64,000 nucleotides of DNA from the human T2T-CHM13v2.0 reference genome, Homo sapiens: the NCBI RefSeq assembly GCF_009914755.1, contig NC_060927.1; one strand, 5' to 3'. Position 1 is the stretch's first letter. Each line of letters opens with the position of its first letter. The translations under genes and the position numbers were made by a program. This document shows positions 31,394 to 47,385 of this stretch, piece after piece. Under the pieces are notes generated by a model. It saw only the letters and a list, made by a program, of their open reading frames with translations. It did no database searches and had not been told where the DNA came from.

Positions 31394-32688
31394 CAAGAAT
31401 GTGAGCTTTTGTCTGTCAGAGAGAACTGACCTTGAATCCTCATTCTGCCACTCACTGACTGGGTGACCTCAGTATGCTCAGCTACTAAATAGGGATATTA
31501 TCTGTCCTGTAAAAATAGTCATAAGGATTGTATCAGGCAAGTCTGGCCCTCAGAGAGCTTAAATTCTAGTGAAAGGGAAACTGAAAAAAACTCTAACAAA
31601 CAAATAAAATTTCACATAGGGCTAAGTGCTACGAAAGAATGAAACCAGGTAAGATCCTAGAGGCTTTGGAAGAGAGAGAGGGGTGCTGTTTTAGGATGAG
31701 TGAGTTGGGCACCCACCTGGGGAGGAGTGTACTTGGAGAATAGAGAAAGTGCTGGAGGGTCCAGGTATTTGGCATAATGGCTGAGATGCTAAAGACCTTG
31801 ACCTGGGCAGCCTTCCCACCCCCCTGGACTGTGGGCCAGCAGGTGAGACAGCCTCCCACTTCCTTTATTCCCAGCCAAGCAGTCTCCTCCTCTACAGCTC
31901 ATCCCCAGAGTAGAACCAGCCAAGAGTTCATCATGTGCACACACTCCTAAGCCTGGCATCCATGTAAGCTGCTTTGGGAGGGAAGAAGTGATCATTTTGC
32001 TAGGAGCAAAGAAGTCAAAGGGGAAATGCTCCAAGCTAAGTCTAAAGGGCAAAGCATTCTAGGACCCCAAGGTATGGACTCTGTGGGGCTCCTGGGTGAG
32101 GAATCCAGGGACTTTTTCTCTTATTCTGGAAGTTAACACTTGGCAAGGAGGGACTGAGCAGAGCCCAGAGCCGTGCTGGGTTCTGGGGTGGGTGGGGAAA
32201 AAGGAACTGTGAGGAGAATCCACAAACATTGACCACTGACTCCATGTCAGGCACCTGTCTGAGCACTCTACATGCGTGTACTCCATCCTGTCAATAACCT
32301 ATGAGAGAGGGACTGCAGATCAGGAAACTGAAGCACAGGGATGTGAAGTAACTCATCCAAGGTCATTCAGCAAAGGAATGGTCAAGGAGGTATTTGAACT
32401 CGGGTCCCTTCTGATTCCAAATGCGTGAACAGTAATGTTCCTCCCTTCAAAAAAAGCTTCTGATTGTAAAGGAGACCTAAGAGTCCCTATATGTAAGCCA
32501 CAGAGAACATATGTGGCATTGAGAGAGTGGAGTCTGGGAGGGCTGCAGCAGTCGAGCTGTGGTAGGCTTGGAGGCATTCCCTCTCCCCAGTGAGGATCTC
32601 TGAAGGTCTTGACCCTGTTGGAGATACTGGCCTGCACGCTCCACTGGGAGTTGCATACTCCATGGTCTTGCCCATGGAGGACTCAGCT

Positions 32689-33302
<614 letters not shown>

Positions 33303-33768
33303 GTGATCACCATTGAGCACCTGGGATATAGTAAACATTTCAATATTGAATGAATGAATGCATGTGTAAGTGCATTGGAATAAATGAATGATGAAGGACT
33401 AGGAAAGGAAGAAAGACAAGTACATAGGGCTCTTGTACTCTTGGTCCTCTTGGAGAGGAAGTGGCCCCTTGAGAATACCAGGCTGTAACTGGTGGTCATT
33501 GAAGGAGCCGTTTTCCCCAGCCTTCCTCCCCGCCTCCTGCGTCTGTGCCAGGTAGCCTCCCTGCCAGGGAAATCTGACCCAAGCCACCTATTTTATTACA
33601 AAGCTGGAGGGAAGTGCCAGAGCTGGTGCCAAGCCAATTAGGCTCCTAGGGCAGAGGAGCAGGGAGGGAGGCTGCTAGTGGGCCAGGAGACAGGGTGGAA
33701 CCTCTGGCCAGCTGGGCCATGGATCTCAGCTAGGTGGAGGCAGGAGAACTGGGCATGGTCCCACACAC

Positions 33769-33787
33769 CAGCCACTAGGTGGCAGAT
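33769..33787 (+). promoter_or_regulatory. CTCF motif, intergenic
   Basis: cagCCACTAGGTGGCAGat is close to the CTCF core consensus. Confidence 0.7.
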
Positions 33788-33929
33788 CGTCCTGGGTGAG
33801 GGCGCTGCCTGGCCAAGGCTTCTGCGTCCCAGAGCACCTCCATCAGGGCCCCTTCCAGAAGCAGGACCTCAAGGCTCTGCCTCTCTCAAGGCTCTGCCTC
33901 TCTCAAAAGTCCCAGGGCATGATAATGCA

Positions 33930-34609
<680 letters not shown>

Positions 34610-35444
34610 CTCTGGGGGCTTCTGATACAATGATCTAGGCTCTCAGAAGCACTGCCTGAGGTGGGATCTTCAGGCACCTTGGAAAAGCTGCCTCCTTCAG
34701 TGAGCTAGAAAAGTCTCTCTGCCTCAAAAAGCAAAGCAAGTTCTGAGATCTGCCTCCAGGCTAGACAAGCCTTAGCGTTGGGCCCAGGGCCAGAGGTCAG
34801 AGCAGTAGGGGCTGGAGGCCGTGCCTACGTGAGGGCCTTGGGAGAATTCGGTGCCAGGAAGACTACACAGGGCAGCCAGCCCCTGGGACCCAGGGTCTGC
34901 CCATGGGTTGCAATGAGCAGTCATGGGGCCTTGGCTTTGCCTTCTCCTCTGGGCATTGATTTGGGCACAGGGAAAACAGTAACCTGCAAAGCTCACACAT
35001 CAGTATGTTTCATTCCATTCAGCACTCTGCGCTGGGCGTCAGAAGGGGGTACACGGGCGAATAAGCCACAGTCACTGCTCACTCAGGCAGCAGTGCTTTC
35101 TCCTTTTGAGGGGAACACAAGAGTGATACCAGGTATGTTGAGGTGGTAAAAACTGGCAAGGGGAACTCAGGAGTCAGGGGGCAGATTTTTTGGCTGGGGA
35201 ATCAGGGAAGCTTTCCTGGAGGGGATGCTTTTGAAGTGAATCTTGAAGGGCAAAAGGGCTTAGTCAAAAAGAGGGACATGCCAGGCTGAGAACACAGTAA
35301 CGATGAAGGCTCACAGGTGGGAACTTGCCGAGCCTGTTGGAGGACCCAGGAGTTGGCTGTGGCTGCTCCGGAGTGCAGAGGTTCTTCCACTCACCAGTCA
35401 GTGGCCAGTGCTGAGCTGGTGGTCCTGAGAGGAGCAGGCTCATG

Positions 35445-35735
35445 GGTGTGGATGTGTATATGTGAATGAATACAAATTCAGGTGCATATGTTCACGCGCA
35501 CGGGGGAAAGTGAGTGTGCATTTGCATGTGTGTACAGGCCCATTCGCCAGTCTGCTTTCAGATAGACAACGTCCATGTGTGGGTGCATGTCTACCTGCAT
35601 ATGAATGGACATGCTTGTGAGTTTACCTGCAAGCGTGGATGTGAAAGCGGGAATGCAAGGTCATGTGCAGCACATGTAGTGTGGGGGGTGGGTATGAAGG
35701 TGTGCATGGCTGCAAGTACACAAATATGTGTGCTG
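35445..35735. repeat. Degenerate (TG)n low-complexity tract
   Basis: Alternating purine-pyrimidine, TG-rich sequence. Confidence 0.75.
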
Positions 35736-36445
35736 GTTTAGGGTCAGCCTTCAGGCTCTCTGATTCTGGGTCTGTGGGCCGCATAATGGTAATCATGGTT
35801 GATATTGTAAAATCTTTTCCCCTGAGTCAGGCCTCCACCTTCCATGCATCACTCCAATTAATCTCATTGATCTTATGAGGTGGGATTACAGTAATATACT
35901 GTTGGCCCTCAGAGGCCCTCTTTACCATTTTCTACAAGCTGCTCCTCAGCAATTGAAAAACTTCTGGTGAGGAAGTGCCCCTGGCATACTCAGGGCTGGC
36001 CTGGATCAGGGGTTTTCATGCACTGGGTGGGAACGGACATTCCCTGGGGCCTGGATCTTGGGACCCAGAGCTACACACATAGAAAGGTCACACAGAGGTG
36101 AAACAAGGTAGCCCTTATTTATCCAAACACCCAAAGAATTTGGGCCAGAGCCAGCTGAGGCCCCCAGCATGAGCAACTGTTTTGTTTCTTGCCCCTTAAA
36201 ACAACAGCCCAGCTTGGAGATTTGTCCCAGATTCTCCTGGGCCAGTTTCTCAAAAGCTACTCACAAGCACCTGCTCCTGAAGAGGGCTGGAGTCCCAGCC
36301 TGGAGACCTGCATATTGCTGGGAACCAGGATGTCCCTCCCTGAGCCCTGAGCACCTGTCAGATGCAGCAGCACCACCAGCTTTCCTCTTGTATTGAGGAT
36401 GTGGGTTGCCATGTAAAAAACAAAACAAAACAAAAAAAAACAACG

Positions 36446-36970
<525 letters not shown>

Positions 36971-37094
36971 TCTGTTAGTGTCATTTTTGTAGTATTTGCA
37001 TCATCAGGGCTGACATCATTTCTCCGCGTGACCTTGGGAAAGCAGTTAATATTTCTGGACCTCCATCTCCATCCCCACAGAGATTCTTTTGACC

Positions 37095-37995
37095 TTCAAT
37101 CCTTCCTTTCTCCCTTATTTCTTCCCTCCCTCCTCCTTCCTTCCTTCCTTTTCTTTTCTTTTTTTCTTTTCTTTCTTTCTTTCTCTTTTTCTTTCTTCTT
37201 TCTTTCGTTCACTTTTTAAAAATGGACAATTTAGTGAGTTTTAGTGTATTTACAGAGTTGTACGACTATTACTACTATCTAATTCCAGAACATTTTTCAT
37301 CATCCCCAAAAGAAACCCCATACTCATTAGTAGTCACTCCCCAAACTCTCTTCTTTCCAACTTCTGGCAACCACTAATCTACTTTGTGTCTATTTGGATT
37401 TGCCTATTCTGGACATTTTATATAAAAAGCATCATACAGAATGGGGTTGTCTCCGTCTGGATTCTTTCACTTAGCATGCTTTTGAAGGTTATCTATGTAG
37501 AAGCATATATCAGTACTTCATTCCTTTCTTAAGGCTGTATAATATTCCACTGTATGGATATACTATATTTTGTTTTTCCATTCATCAGTTGATGGACATT
37601 TGGGTTGACTTTTATGAATAATGCTGCTGTGAACATTTGTATACAGGGTTTCGTGTGGACATGTGTTTTTAATTCTCTAGAAGTGGGATTGCTGGGTCTT
37701 GTGGTAACTATGTTAAACAGGCTGTTTTCCACAGTGGCTGTACCACTTTACATTCCCACTAGCAGTGTATAAGGGCTCCAATTTCTCCACGTCCTCACCA
37801 ATACTTATTATTGTCCATCTTTTTGGTTATAGCCATCTTACTGGGTATGGAGTGGTATCTCATTGTGGTTTTGATTTGCATTTCCCTAATGACTAGTGTT
37901 ATTGAACATCTTTTCATGAACTTATTGGATGTTTCTGTATCTTTTTTGGAGATATGCCTGTTTAAATCCTTAGCCCACTTTTTTATTCTTTTGAT
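37095..37995 (-). mobile_element. L1MB-type LINE-1 3' end with degenerate CT-rich tail
   Basis: Minus-strand ORFs give an L1 ORF2 C-terminus-like KKWAKDLNRHISK...IREMQIKTTMRYH; L1M 3'UTR motifs present. Confidence 0.88.
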
Positions 37996-39199
37996 TTTAG
38001 CTAACATCTACTGAGCATCTCCTGTGTGCCAACATACAGGGGGACAGGAAGGGGCACACAAAGCCAGGGACTCGGCCTGGGGCATGAAGGCCTACCCTCC
38101 CCTGCTCTGCCTCCCAGGGTTGTCACATGGAAGCATGTGCGTAAAGGAAGGGACACTGGTCCTTAAGGGGAGGAGGTACGGCCTGAGACAAAGGCTTCAG
38201 GTTTCAGAGTCTCTATCTGTGCAATCCACCCTCCCAGAGGCCTGCCCTGCCATACCCAACACCAGTGTGATCAATACCTGGCAGCTAGAAGCTAAACACA
38301 CATAGCAGCCACCCAGGCCACCAACAGAGCAGGCACCCACCTGGGTATGAACCCTTAGGAGTCCCAGTTTAAACCCACCACCCAGCCAAGGCCAGCCTCT
38401 TAGTCTCTGGTCACCTGCAGGCAACTCTGCAGGGTGAGTGCTAGAGACAGTGAGGCTGCTGTGGCCTGAGCAACAGGAAGACAGAAGGACCCTGTTCTGT
38501 CCCCACTGCTGTGTGCCTTATGCGTGTCCCTTGACCTCTTTGAGCCTTGGTTTTCTTATTTGTGAAATGAATAGCACAACCTCTTAAGGTAGTTATGAGG
38601 CTGCAATGACATCTTGCATGCAATGGAAATGTTCACTGAATAGAATGCATTATTTTTCTTGTCACGTAAAAACTGAGAGGGAAAAGATGATCTATAAAGG
38701 CTCTACTCTTTTATAGAAAAAAGCAGCAATAAGGAGCCAGGGGCACCCCCAGGTCAGATGGAAGAAGCAAAGAGGGAGGTCAGACTCCCTGAGACACAGT
38801 CACGTTTATGGGGAGCAGCTGCCCTGAACTCCAGGGTTACCCAAAAAGGACTTCAGAGGCAGTGGCCCTGGCTCGGGCTACCAGACCATCTTGGGAAGCC
38901 CTGCCACCTCTGTGGCTTTCTGGCCTCCATCCTGGCTTGGCCTCAGCCCTCCCAGCCCACACCACAGCAGCCAGGAGTCTTCTCACTGATCTGTCGAGCT
39001 CATGACTGAGAGGAAATATGTTTCCAGATAAGATGAAAATAGATCCTTCTCCAAATATGCTCATCATGGCTAAGAAAAATAAATAGAACCAAGAGGGAAA
39101 AGAAAGCAGGGAGCAGCCATCAGAGAAGGCCAGGCCTGGATAGCCTGGAATGGCAATCTGCCCATGAGTGGGGGTTGAGCTTGTGCAACAGAAGGGGGT

Positions 39200-39825
39200 A
39201 CGTGAGTGTGCATGTGTGCATGTGTGTGTGTGTGATCAGTTGAGTTTGCATGACTACATGAGTGTGCAGGTGGGACAGCAAATGTAAGTATGTAGATGAA
39301 TATGAGTGAGTGGGTATGTGTGCATGGGTGTGAGGGTGTGTGTGCCTGTAGGAGGGTGTGTATGCTGGTTGAGCATGTGAGCATGTGTGTGAGAGACTGT
39401 GTTAGTACGTTTGTGAGGTGAAAGTGTGTAAGCATGTGCCAGCGTGAGTGATTGTGTAAGCATTGTGTGGGTGTGAGTGATGCAAGTTAGTGCATATATG
39501 GCAGTGTGCAAATGAGTGTGTGTGTGTATGAGTACAAATGTGTGTGATCATATGCCTGTGTTCATGAGTGTGTGAGTGTGTGCATGTGTGAGAATGTGTG
39601 TGAGTGAGGATGCATAGGAGTACCTATGTGTGTGTGTTCACCTGTGTTGTGTGGTGTGCTTGTGTGACCATATATGGGCAACTGTGTGCTGAGGGTGTGC
39701 ATGCAGGTATAACTCTCTCTGGGTGTGAGTGAGAGAGAGAGAGTGTATGAGTGTGTGTGCATGAACTGAGCATGCGTGTGCATGTGTTTCTGTGAGTGGT
39801 TGTGGTACTGTGTGTATGTGTGCCC
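39200..39825. repeat. About 620-bp degenerate (TG)n/(TGAG)n tract
   Basis: Long TG-rich run; source of the His/Thr-rich spurious ORFs on the minus strand. Confidence 0.9.
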
Positions 39826-40204
39826 TGAGTCACGTGCTAGGGTAGGTGGCCCCAAGGGAAGGGAGAAGGGAGAATTCTCTAGGCTTACTCACTATGGCTC
39901 AGGCACAGCCAATCAGAAAATATTTCAAAATAGACTTGCTTGCATTTGTCATGGCAACTTCCTGCTACCCAGTGGCCAGAAGGCTTCCTAGAGTTGCAGC
40001 TTGTCAGGGACCTCTCAGAGGCACAGACTGTTGGAACTCAAAGGGGTCTTGAAGCTCATCTCCCCAAAGACCTCATGTTACAGGTGGGGAGACTGAGACC
40101 CAGGGTCACATAGCTGTTGAGGGCAGAGCTAGGCTTGGAACTCAGGCCTTCTGTCTAGTGTGCTTGTGCCTCCCACCAACATAAACCTTCTGCCTCCCTG
40201 GCCG

Positions 40205-40460
40205 TCATTCATTCATTCATTCATTCATTCATTCATTCATTCAGCAAATGTTTACCAGTCCCTATTAAGTGCTGGGTTCCAGGGTACAAATCCTGCCTCA
40301 AGGAGCTTTCCTCCCAGTGCAGGGAGGTGGGCCGAGAATTCTAGATCCCGATAAGTACCCTGAAGACAGGAAGGCAGGGTGATGTGATGTCAAGGCCTGC
40401 TTCAGCTGGGGGTCAGGGAGGGCCTCTACAGAGTGACACTGTGGCTGAAGCCAGGTGGAT
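40205..40460 (-). mobile_element. (TTCA)n microsatellite marking an L2 3' end
   Basis: About 9 TTCA units followed by L2-like sequence. Confidence 0.7.
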
Positions 40461-41949
40461 GGAGCCAGCACCTCACAACCAGCTATCTAGACCCATTTCC
40501 TAATCAGCCTTGTAGGAGCTGATGGAGCAGTCAAAAGTGCCCCAGGTCAGGAGGCCTCTGCCATTTCCCAATTCTGACGGGAAGTGATGGAGAAAAGCCT
40601 CTTCCTTGTGGGTGCTATAGGAATCCTCCTTCAGAGAAGGCCAAAGCTGGGAAGCAAGTGGGTCCTGAGGCTGCTGGGGATGTGGGGAAAGTGTCACCTT
40701 CAATTCATGCTCTGGAGCTCTGGTCCCACCCTCATGAAAATCATAGACACCACTGATGTTAAATAATTGTAACTGCTGATGTTAGTGAAGCCTGTAGCTT
40801 GTCTCAGACATGAGCTAGGGGCTTCAGAAGCATTATTGTTTTTAATCTCCTCAATATACCTTAGGAAATGAGCAGACATCACCCCCATTATATAGATGAG
40901 GAAAGTGAGGCCCTGCTGAAGTAACTTGCACGAGGTCATACCACCAGGAAGGAGCAGAGCCTCAGGGCTTTTGTGACCCCAAAGACCAGAGCCTCTGAGC
41001 ACATACCCAGCCCCTTCTGCCTACTTGACTTCATGTCTCACTGATATGGACACTCCTGGCTACGCTGGCCCTCGCTGATCACCCTGCCTGCCCTTGGAGC
41101 TCCTACCGACTCAGCCTCATGACCTGCCACAAACCCTAAATAGGCCTCCCTTTCCAAAGGCCGTGATCAACATCAGTGTCCTAACAGCACCCACTGCGCC
41201 CCAGGAGCATCTGGACCTTTACATGCGTGATCTCATTCTTCAAGAGAACCCTCCAAGGTCAGGCTTATGTGTCTCATCTTACAGGTGAGAAGGTAAAGGA
41301 ACTGGCTGAAGGTCATGCAACCATAGGAGGGGATCAGGTAATCTGACGCCACAACCTGAGAGTGCCCCATGCCTTCCCCTGGGGGTGCTGGCCAAGAGCT
41401 CAGCCTGCTTCACCTTGCTTAAGCCCCCACATCAGTCACTCCCTCCTGCCACCAGCCTTGACCTACGCAGAGCTCAAAATCATGCCTCAGCAATGCTACA
41501 AATGACAGAAAATCCCCCACCTTTGAGGTCACTCTCGAACACTTGTAACCGCAAATATTGAGACAGTAAATGCCGAAGGTTGTCCATGTCTGCACTTCAG
41601 GGCAGTGAGAGAATACATCTAAAAGAGCACAGCCTCATGTTAGAATAGGGACCCTGGGCAAGTGACTTGACCCTGCAGAGCCTGTTTCCCCATCTATAAA
41701 ATGGGGTTACACAACAATTCCCGCCTCATAGGTTCGGAGTCAGGTAAAACCAACATAACATAATGGTGTCTGGCACACAGCAGATGCTCAGTAAGGGTCC
41801 ATCAGTTTGTTGAAAATTGGCCTCAAGTACCTGAGGGGTTGGTGCTATTTAGAGTCTGGACAATGGGATGGAGATTTCAATTTCCTGGGTTTCTGGGGCA
41901 TTGCTTGGAAGACCTCTGTCCTCAGCTCTCTTCCCAATCCCCTGGTAAT

Positions 41950-42395
41950 TGGGCTCAGCAGGCACTGGGCTCTCCCTCTGGACACTGTAGAGGTGGAGGG
42001 GCAGCAGCACAGGCCCCAACCTCTCCAGCTTGCCCACAAGCTGGGCAGGGGAAGCAGTGGGTTTTCTAGCCAGCTGTGCTCCCAGGCCTGCAGTCAGGGA
42101 GGGAAGTATGTGCTCAATGGGGAAGTTTCTGCCACAAACACCCAGTTGAGAAACATGGTGGGGAAAATCCAGCAGGCTGCTGATCTCCGAGTGGCTCATG
42201 CAAACGACTGCCTCGTCCCTTTGTCCCTCTAGCCTGGGGGTGGTGGTAGCTTCCTGCTGGTGCTACCCTCTGGGCTGCCTTTCCATTCCCTTGATAGCTT
42301 CTCCACTTTTTCATCACTTGTATAATGGATTCCCTACATTCAATTCCCTCTATTTGAAATACCTAGAATGGCTTCTTTTGCTATTGGACCTTGAA
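41950..42395 (+). mobile_element. Old ERVL-class LTR (LTR33/LTR41-like), tentative
   Basis: 3' end gggggtggtggtagcttcctgctg...aattccctctatttgaaatacctaga resembles ERVL LTR ends. Confidence 0.45.
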
Positions 42396-43158
42396 GTTCA
42401 GAGAAGTGAAGTCAGCCCCCTGTTCCTTTGGAGATCTGCCTCCCTCACCCTGGCTCTCTGCTAACCTTTTTGCCAGCTGCCATAGCCTTTGTGGAGTTCT
42501 GTCTGAGAATACAGTAAGCCTAAGGAACCTCATCAACTGATTTTCACTAAAGTATTACTGACTGATACTTGGGTCATGTGGAAGAAGCTAGAACATCACG
42601 GGGCCTGTCCAGGGGAGTCTAAGGCCACAGAGGAGATGCAGCCACAACTGGAAAAACTGCCTAAGGTGTCTCTCTTCCTGCCTCCCTCCATTTTCCTCTA
42701 CAGGCCAAACTAGGCCACACAGCATGGGAATACAGCCTGAAGAGGTTGGGCCTCTCTGCCATAGGCGAAGATCAGAGCAGGGGAAGGATGAAGAAGGATT
42801 TGAGGCAAACAGCCCCACACATTCCCCTTCTGTGTACTGTGGCAGGGGATTGGACCAGATGGTCTTTGAGGACCCTTGTTCTCTGAAAGTCTACAGATCT
42901 AGGACTCTTAGGGCAAGGACACAATTTCCCTGGATTCTGTCTCAACTCTGATCTCATGTGGCCTTCTGATCCCTCTTCTCTCTGGCTTCAGTGTGCCTAT
43001 TTGCTCCGTGGAGGAGTTGGCCAGCCTGGTCCAAGAGGGCCCTGGAAAAAGACCCAGGTGTGTAAGCTGATTGCTTATCCACGCTTCTCCAGGGAATCTG
43101 CTGCACTCACCATCCCTGACCACTGATGCCTTCTCCATTCTGCTGTCCCAGACTGTAG

Positions 43159-43475
<317 letters not shown>

Positions 43476-46400
43476 ATGTGCCTACTTCTCTCCATAGCTG
43501 TGAGCCCATCAGCCATGGGCCCAAACCTGCCAACCCTGTGAGGCCAGGAGTGACACCAGATGTCCAGGCTCCACCTTCTGCCTGGGGATAAGGAGCCCTT
43601 TCCCCTCAGAGGACTAGGAGGCACCTCCTGGCCTTGGGCAGGAATCCCCTTGAGCCCTGCCCCATCTGTCCAGGACTCCTCCTTTCTTCTTCTCCAGAAA
43701 AGAAGAATGGACCAGTTTCTAGAAAAGTTTCTAGAAAGACTCCAAAAGAGGTGTAGACCATAAGAGACGACTGGTCTCCCTCCACAGAAGCAGAGGTCAG
43801 ACCCTCCCAAAGCTTCTGCAGACTCTCAGCTCTCAACTCAAGTAAGTTAAAATGTACCCACTTCCCGCATTATAACACTTTTGAATTACTTTGTATGAGT
43901 TAAGGCGTGCTACAGTTTACCGGCTGTCCTAATATTACATTTTGCAGATGTTTAATTAAACATGCAGGAATCTCAAGCTTCCTGTGACTGAGCTCAGCTC
44001 AGGCCTTGTTCTGTGTGATCTCAATCTATTCTTCAAAATTGTATTATTATTAACCCCATTTTACCAGGGAGAAAACAGGATGCAAGAGGTCCAGCACTTT
44101 GTTGAAGGCCACACAGCTAGGGGCATGGTGGCATGGGCACTGGCTGCTCTCCCTTTGCCCTGGTGGGCCTCTCCCTCAGCCTGACGTCTGTCAGTGCCTC
44201 CCTGCCACCCCTCCAGTTCCTGGTTCTGCCTTGGGCCGACTGGGCCAGGTACTTCAGGCCCGTGGGGCTCAAGTCTCTCTAGGAGAGTGAACAATCTGAC
44301 CTGCTGCTGGACCAGAGCCCTCCTCCTGGCCCAGTTAGGAGCATGGTGCCCGCACCCCAGGACCCCTCCCTGGGGTGAGCTGCAGGGCACATAATTTACC
44401 TGCCAGGAGCCAGGAGGTAGGAAAGCAAACACCATAAATCATCAGGATGCCTGTGTAAATATTTTATAGCTGGGACAGTAAATAATGCAGCTCCCTGGAC
44501 ACGCCCCGCCCAGTTCGTCTGTCCCACATCTAGCACCCAAGACAATCTGTCTGGGCCTCTCTCACACCTTGTGTTTTTAAAACAAATGCTGTGGCCCAGT
44601 GCTGGACATTTTCACATGTACATCTTCACTGATTAGCCTTCGCTCAGGTGTGGAACAACTTTCTCCCTCCTCCTTCAGGAGTCATCTCCTCCTGGAAGCT
44701 TTCTTTGATTTCCTGAGTGGGGTCAAGGGTTCCTCTGGCTCTCAGTCCCTAGGCTTCCCCATCTGGGCCCTGCTCACTCTGTGTGATCATTTCTCGGCTC
44801 CTATTACGATTCCTGGTGACTAGTCTGCCCTCCCTCTGACTGTCAGCTCCAAGAGAGCAATCGTATCCCTAGAGCTGAGGGCAGAGGTTGGTGTATAGCA
44901 GGTGCTCAACAAATAATGTTGAAGGACAGAATAAATTATCTTGCTTAATCCTTAAATAAGTCTGTGGTATAGGCATTATTATGTGTATTATTTCTATTAT
45001 CCTTATTTTATAGACAAGAAAACAGGCCCAAGTGGCAGTACTGGGATTGACCTGTCTGTCTGGCCCTAAGTCTAATGCTTCCTCAATAACCCATCTGGGA
45101 CCTTGACTCTTTCCCCTGAGGACCCCAAGTTCCTTGAGTCAGGGACCCTCCGTTTCTGCTCAGGGAAGCTCCTGACCCCTCCCAAGGGCTCTGGTACCCA
45201 GTGGGTGCCAATCCATGTGTTTGAATGGCTGGAAAGGGCAAGGGAGAAGTCAGACTTTTGTCCTTGACCTGGGAAGGAATGCACAGTGAGCACCTTGGGA
45301 GCAGAAGGCTGGGCAAGGGGACCTGTGATCCCTGGGCCCCAGAGCAGTTCTGAGAAGATGTGCTCTGGGGAGGGTCTCAAGTCTCGGATGGAGGCGGGTG
45401 TGGAAGGTGCTCTGATGCAGCAGCCCAGATGCCTTCCATCCAAAGGCACTGTGCCACTGTGGGGCCGCATCCCTAACTAGGCTATCGCAGCCTTGCAGGA
45501 ACCTGAGACAGAAGACAGATGATACTGTCTGCCTTCTCCCCATCCTGTGTCAGGCATTGAGAACGAGGACAAAGAAATCAGGGCATGGGCAGTGCAAGGG
45601 GGGGACAGGGCAAGGACAGCTTTGCACAAGAAGCCCTGGCCTGACCCTGGCCTCAATCCTTGGCAGGAGGTGGGCTGCAAAGGGAGGGCCAATGGATTTC
45701 AACTGATGTATCAATTCCAGCTGGTCGCCAATGGCTCCCTGGAGCTGTGTTGACAAGGATTCTGAGCTATATCCCTCCAGGCTCGGCAAGAAGCTCTGTG
45801 ATCACTTAGCAATATCTGCCTCAAGCACAGAAGTGGGCACAGTAGCTCACCTAGGAATTTGCCACCCCCTTCTTCTACCTTTCCTCAGCTCTCAGCAGAG
45901 TAGGGATTTAATAAAGGTTTGTAGATTCACTGTTGACTAACAAGGTCAGTGCAGAAGTCATTTAGAGTTACCATTTTCTGTGTAGATGAGAAACATGAAC
46001 ACATGGCCTATTTACTATTGCCTCTGCAAGAACCAGAAAGGGAACCAGTGAGAAGAGAAAATGACAGACAGCAAGTGAGAAGCCAGTTAGATGCAAGTGA
46101 GACGTCAGTTAGAACTTCCTAGTAGTATGGACTAAGACCTTAGCCCAGGGACAAGGGAAGTCGCAGCTCAGCCCTCACGAGTCAGCAGAGACTGGGAGTT
46201 TTTTAAGGCAAATTCCAGACAGCAAACTTGGCTAGGCCCAGGCAGTGAGTCTTGTGTGGCAGGAGATGGGGTGCAGTAGACTCACACACCCCCACTGCGC
46301 CCAGGACAGTGCGAGGGGCACAAAGCGGTCCTGGGTGGAGCCCTGCCCTCACACCACTTCCCACGCTGTAGGTGGGGAAGAGCAGGCAGGGACACACAGG

Positions 46401-47385
46401 TTCCCTCTGGGCTGAGAAGATCTGGGCAGGCTGCAGGGGAGATGGCATGGCCAAGAGTGCCGGCTGTGAGGCAGCCAGACTGTGTGCCTACCCTTGCCTT
46501 CCCCAGTCTCTTGTTTCCCCCTAGACACCCACCTGTGAGGCCACACAGGCCTCACAGTTGGCAAATGAGCTTTCAGAAGGGAAACTGTCCTTCCCCTGCC
46601 AGCTGCTGACGCCTCCACGCCGGTCACTTGTCTCACTCCACCCAGGCCAGTTACCCACTGTCTCACTCTCACCTCTGTGGCTTTAGGGACAAGCTGGCCT
46701 AGTGGTTGTGAAGTCTGGCCCAGAACCCAGGGTACTGTGGGTGACCATAGGCATGTCACTTAGATTCCCAGGGCCTCAGTATCCCCTCCTGTAAAATGGG
46801 ACTAATGATGGTACCCATATCATAGGGGCTTTGTGGGAAGTTTGTGAATTAAGGAACATCAAGTGTTAGTTCAGGGCCTGGTAGGTAGTGAGTGCTTGAT
46901 ATGTGGGGGCTGGAATTACTGTTCTTGTTATGATGTGAAGCTGAGACCAAGCTCTCTTCACACCCTCTGTAGAGTCTGGAATCCACCCAGACACCCAGGG
47001 GACCACAACCAAGATCTGGAGGCCTGTAGGCTGATGGAGGGCCCTGGAGCTGGGACTTGGAACACTCTGCACTAGGCCTGGTGCAGAACAAGAGGGGCAG
47101 GGGCAGGGCTCCCTGCAGCCTGTGGCCCTGGGCCTGCTGAGCTTAGGGCTATATGCAGAGCTGGCCACCCCAGGCCACCTATAATTACCTTTTGGCAGAG
47201 CTCTGCGGTACTGGGCGGGGTAGCAATTTTCAGGTTTTATTTTGATGCCCAGACAGTGCCTTTGGGCAGCTTAGCACCAGTTGCTGCCAGACAGGATCAA
47301 AAATTGAGTTCTTCAGGGAGGAGGCCCTTCCAAGGAGGCTGACCTCTGAGTGCAGGGTCTAGGGTTCAAGATCCCATGGTCTCCA

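Noticed and set aside
37529-38014. ORFs with reverse-transcriptase-family similarity
   Set aside because: Fragmented C-terminus of a dead L1 ORF2
39070-39855. His/Thr-rich ORFs (also 61395-62455)
   Set aside because: Translations of (CA)n low-complexity DNA, not metal-binding proteins
43714-43738. Possible heat-shock element TTCTAGAA x2
   Set aside because: The period is 12 bp rather than the 10 bp needed for contiguous nGAAn units; it is a simple tandem duplication.
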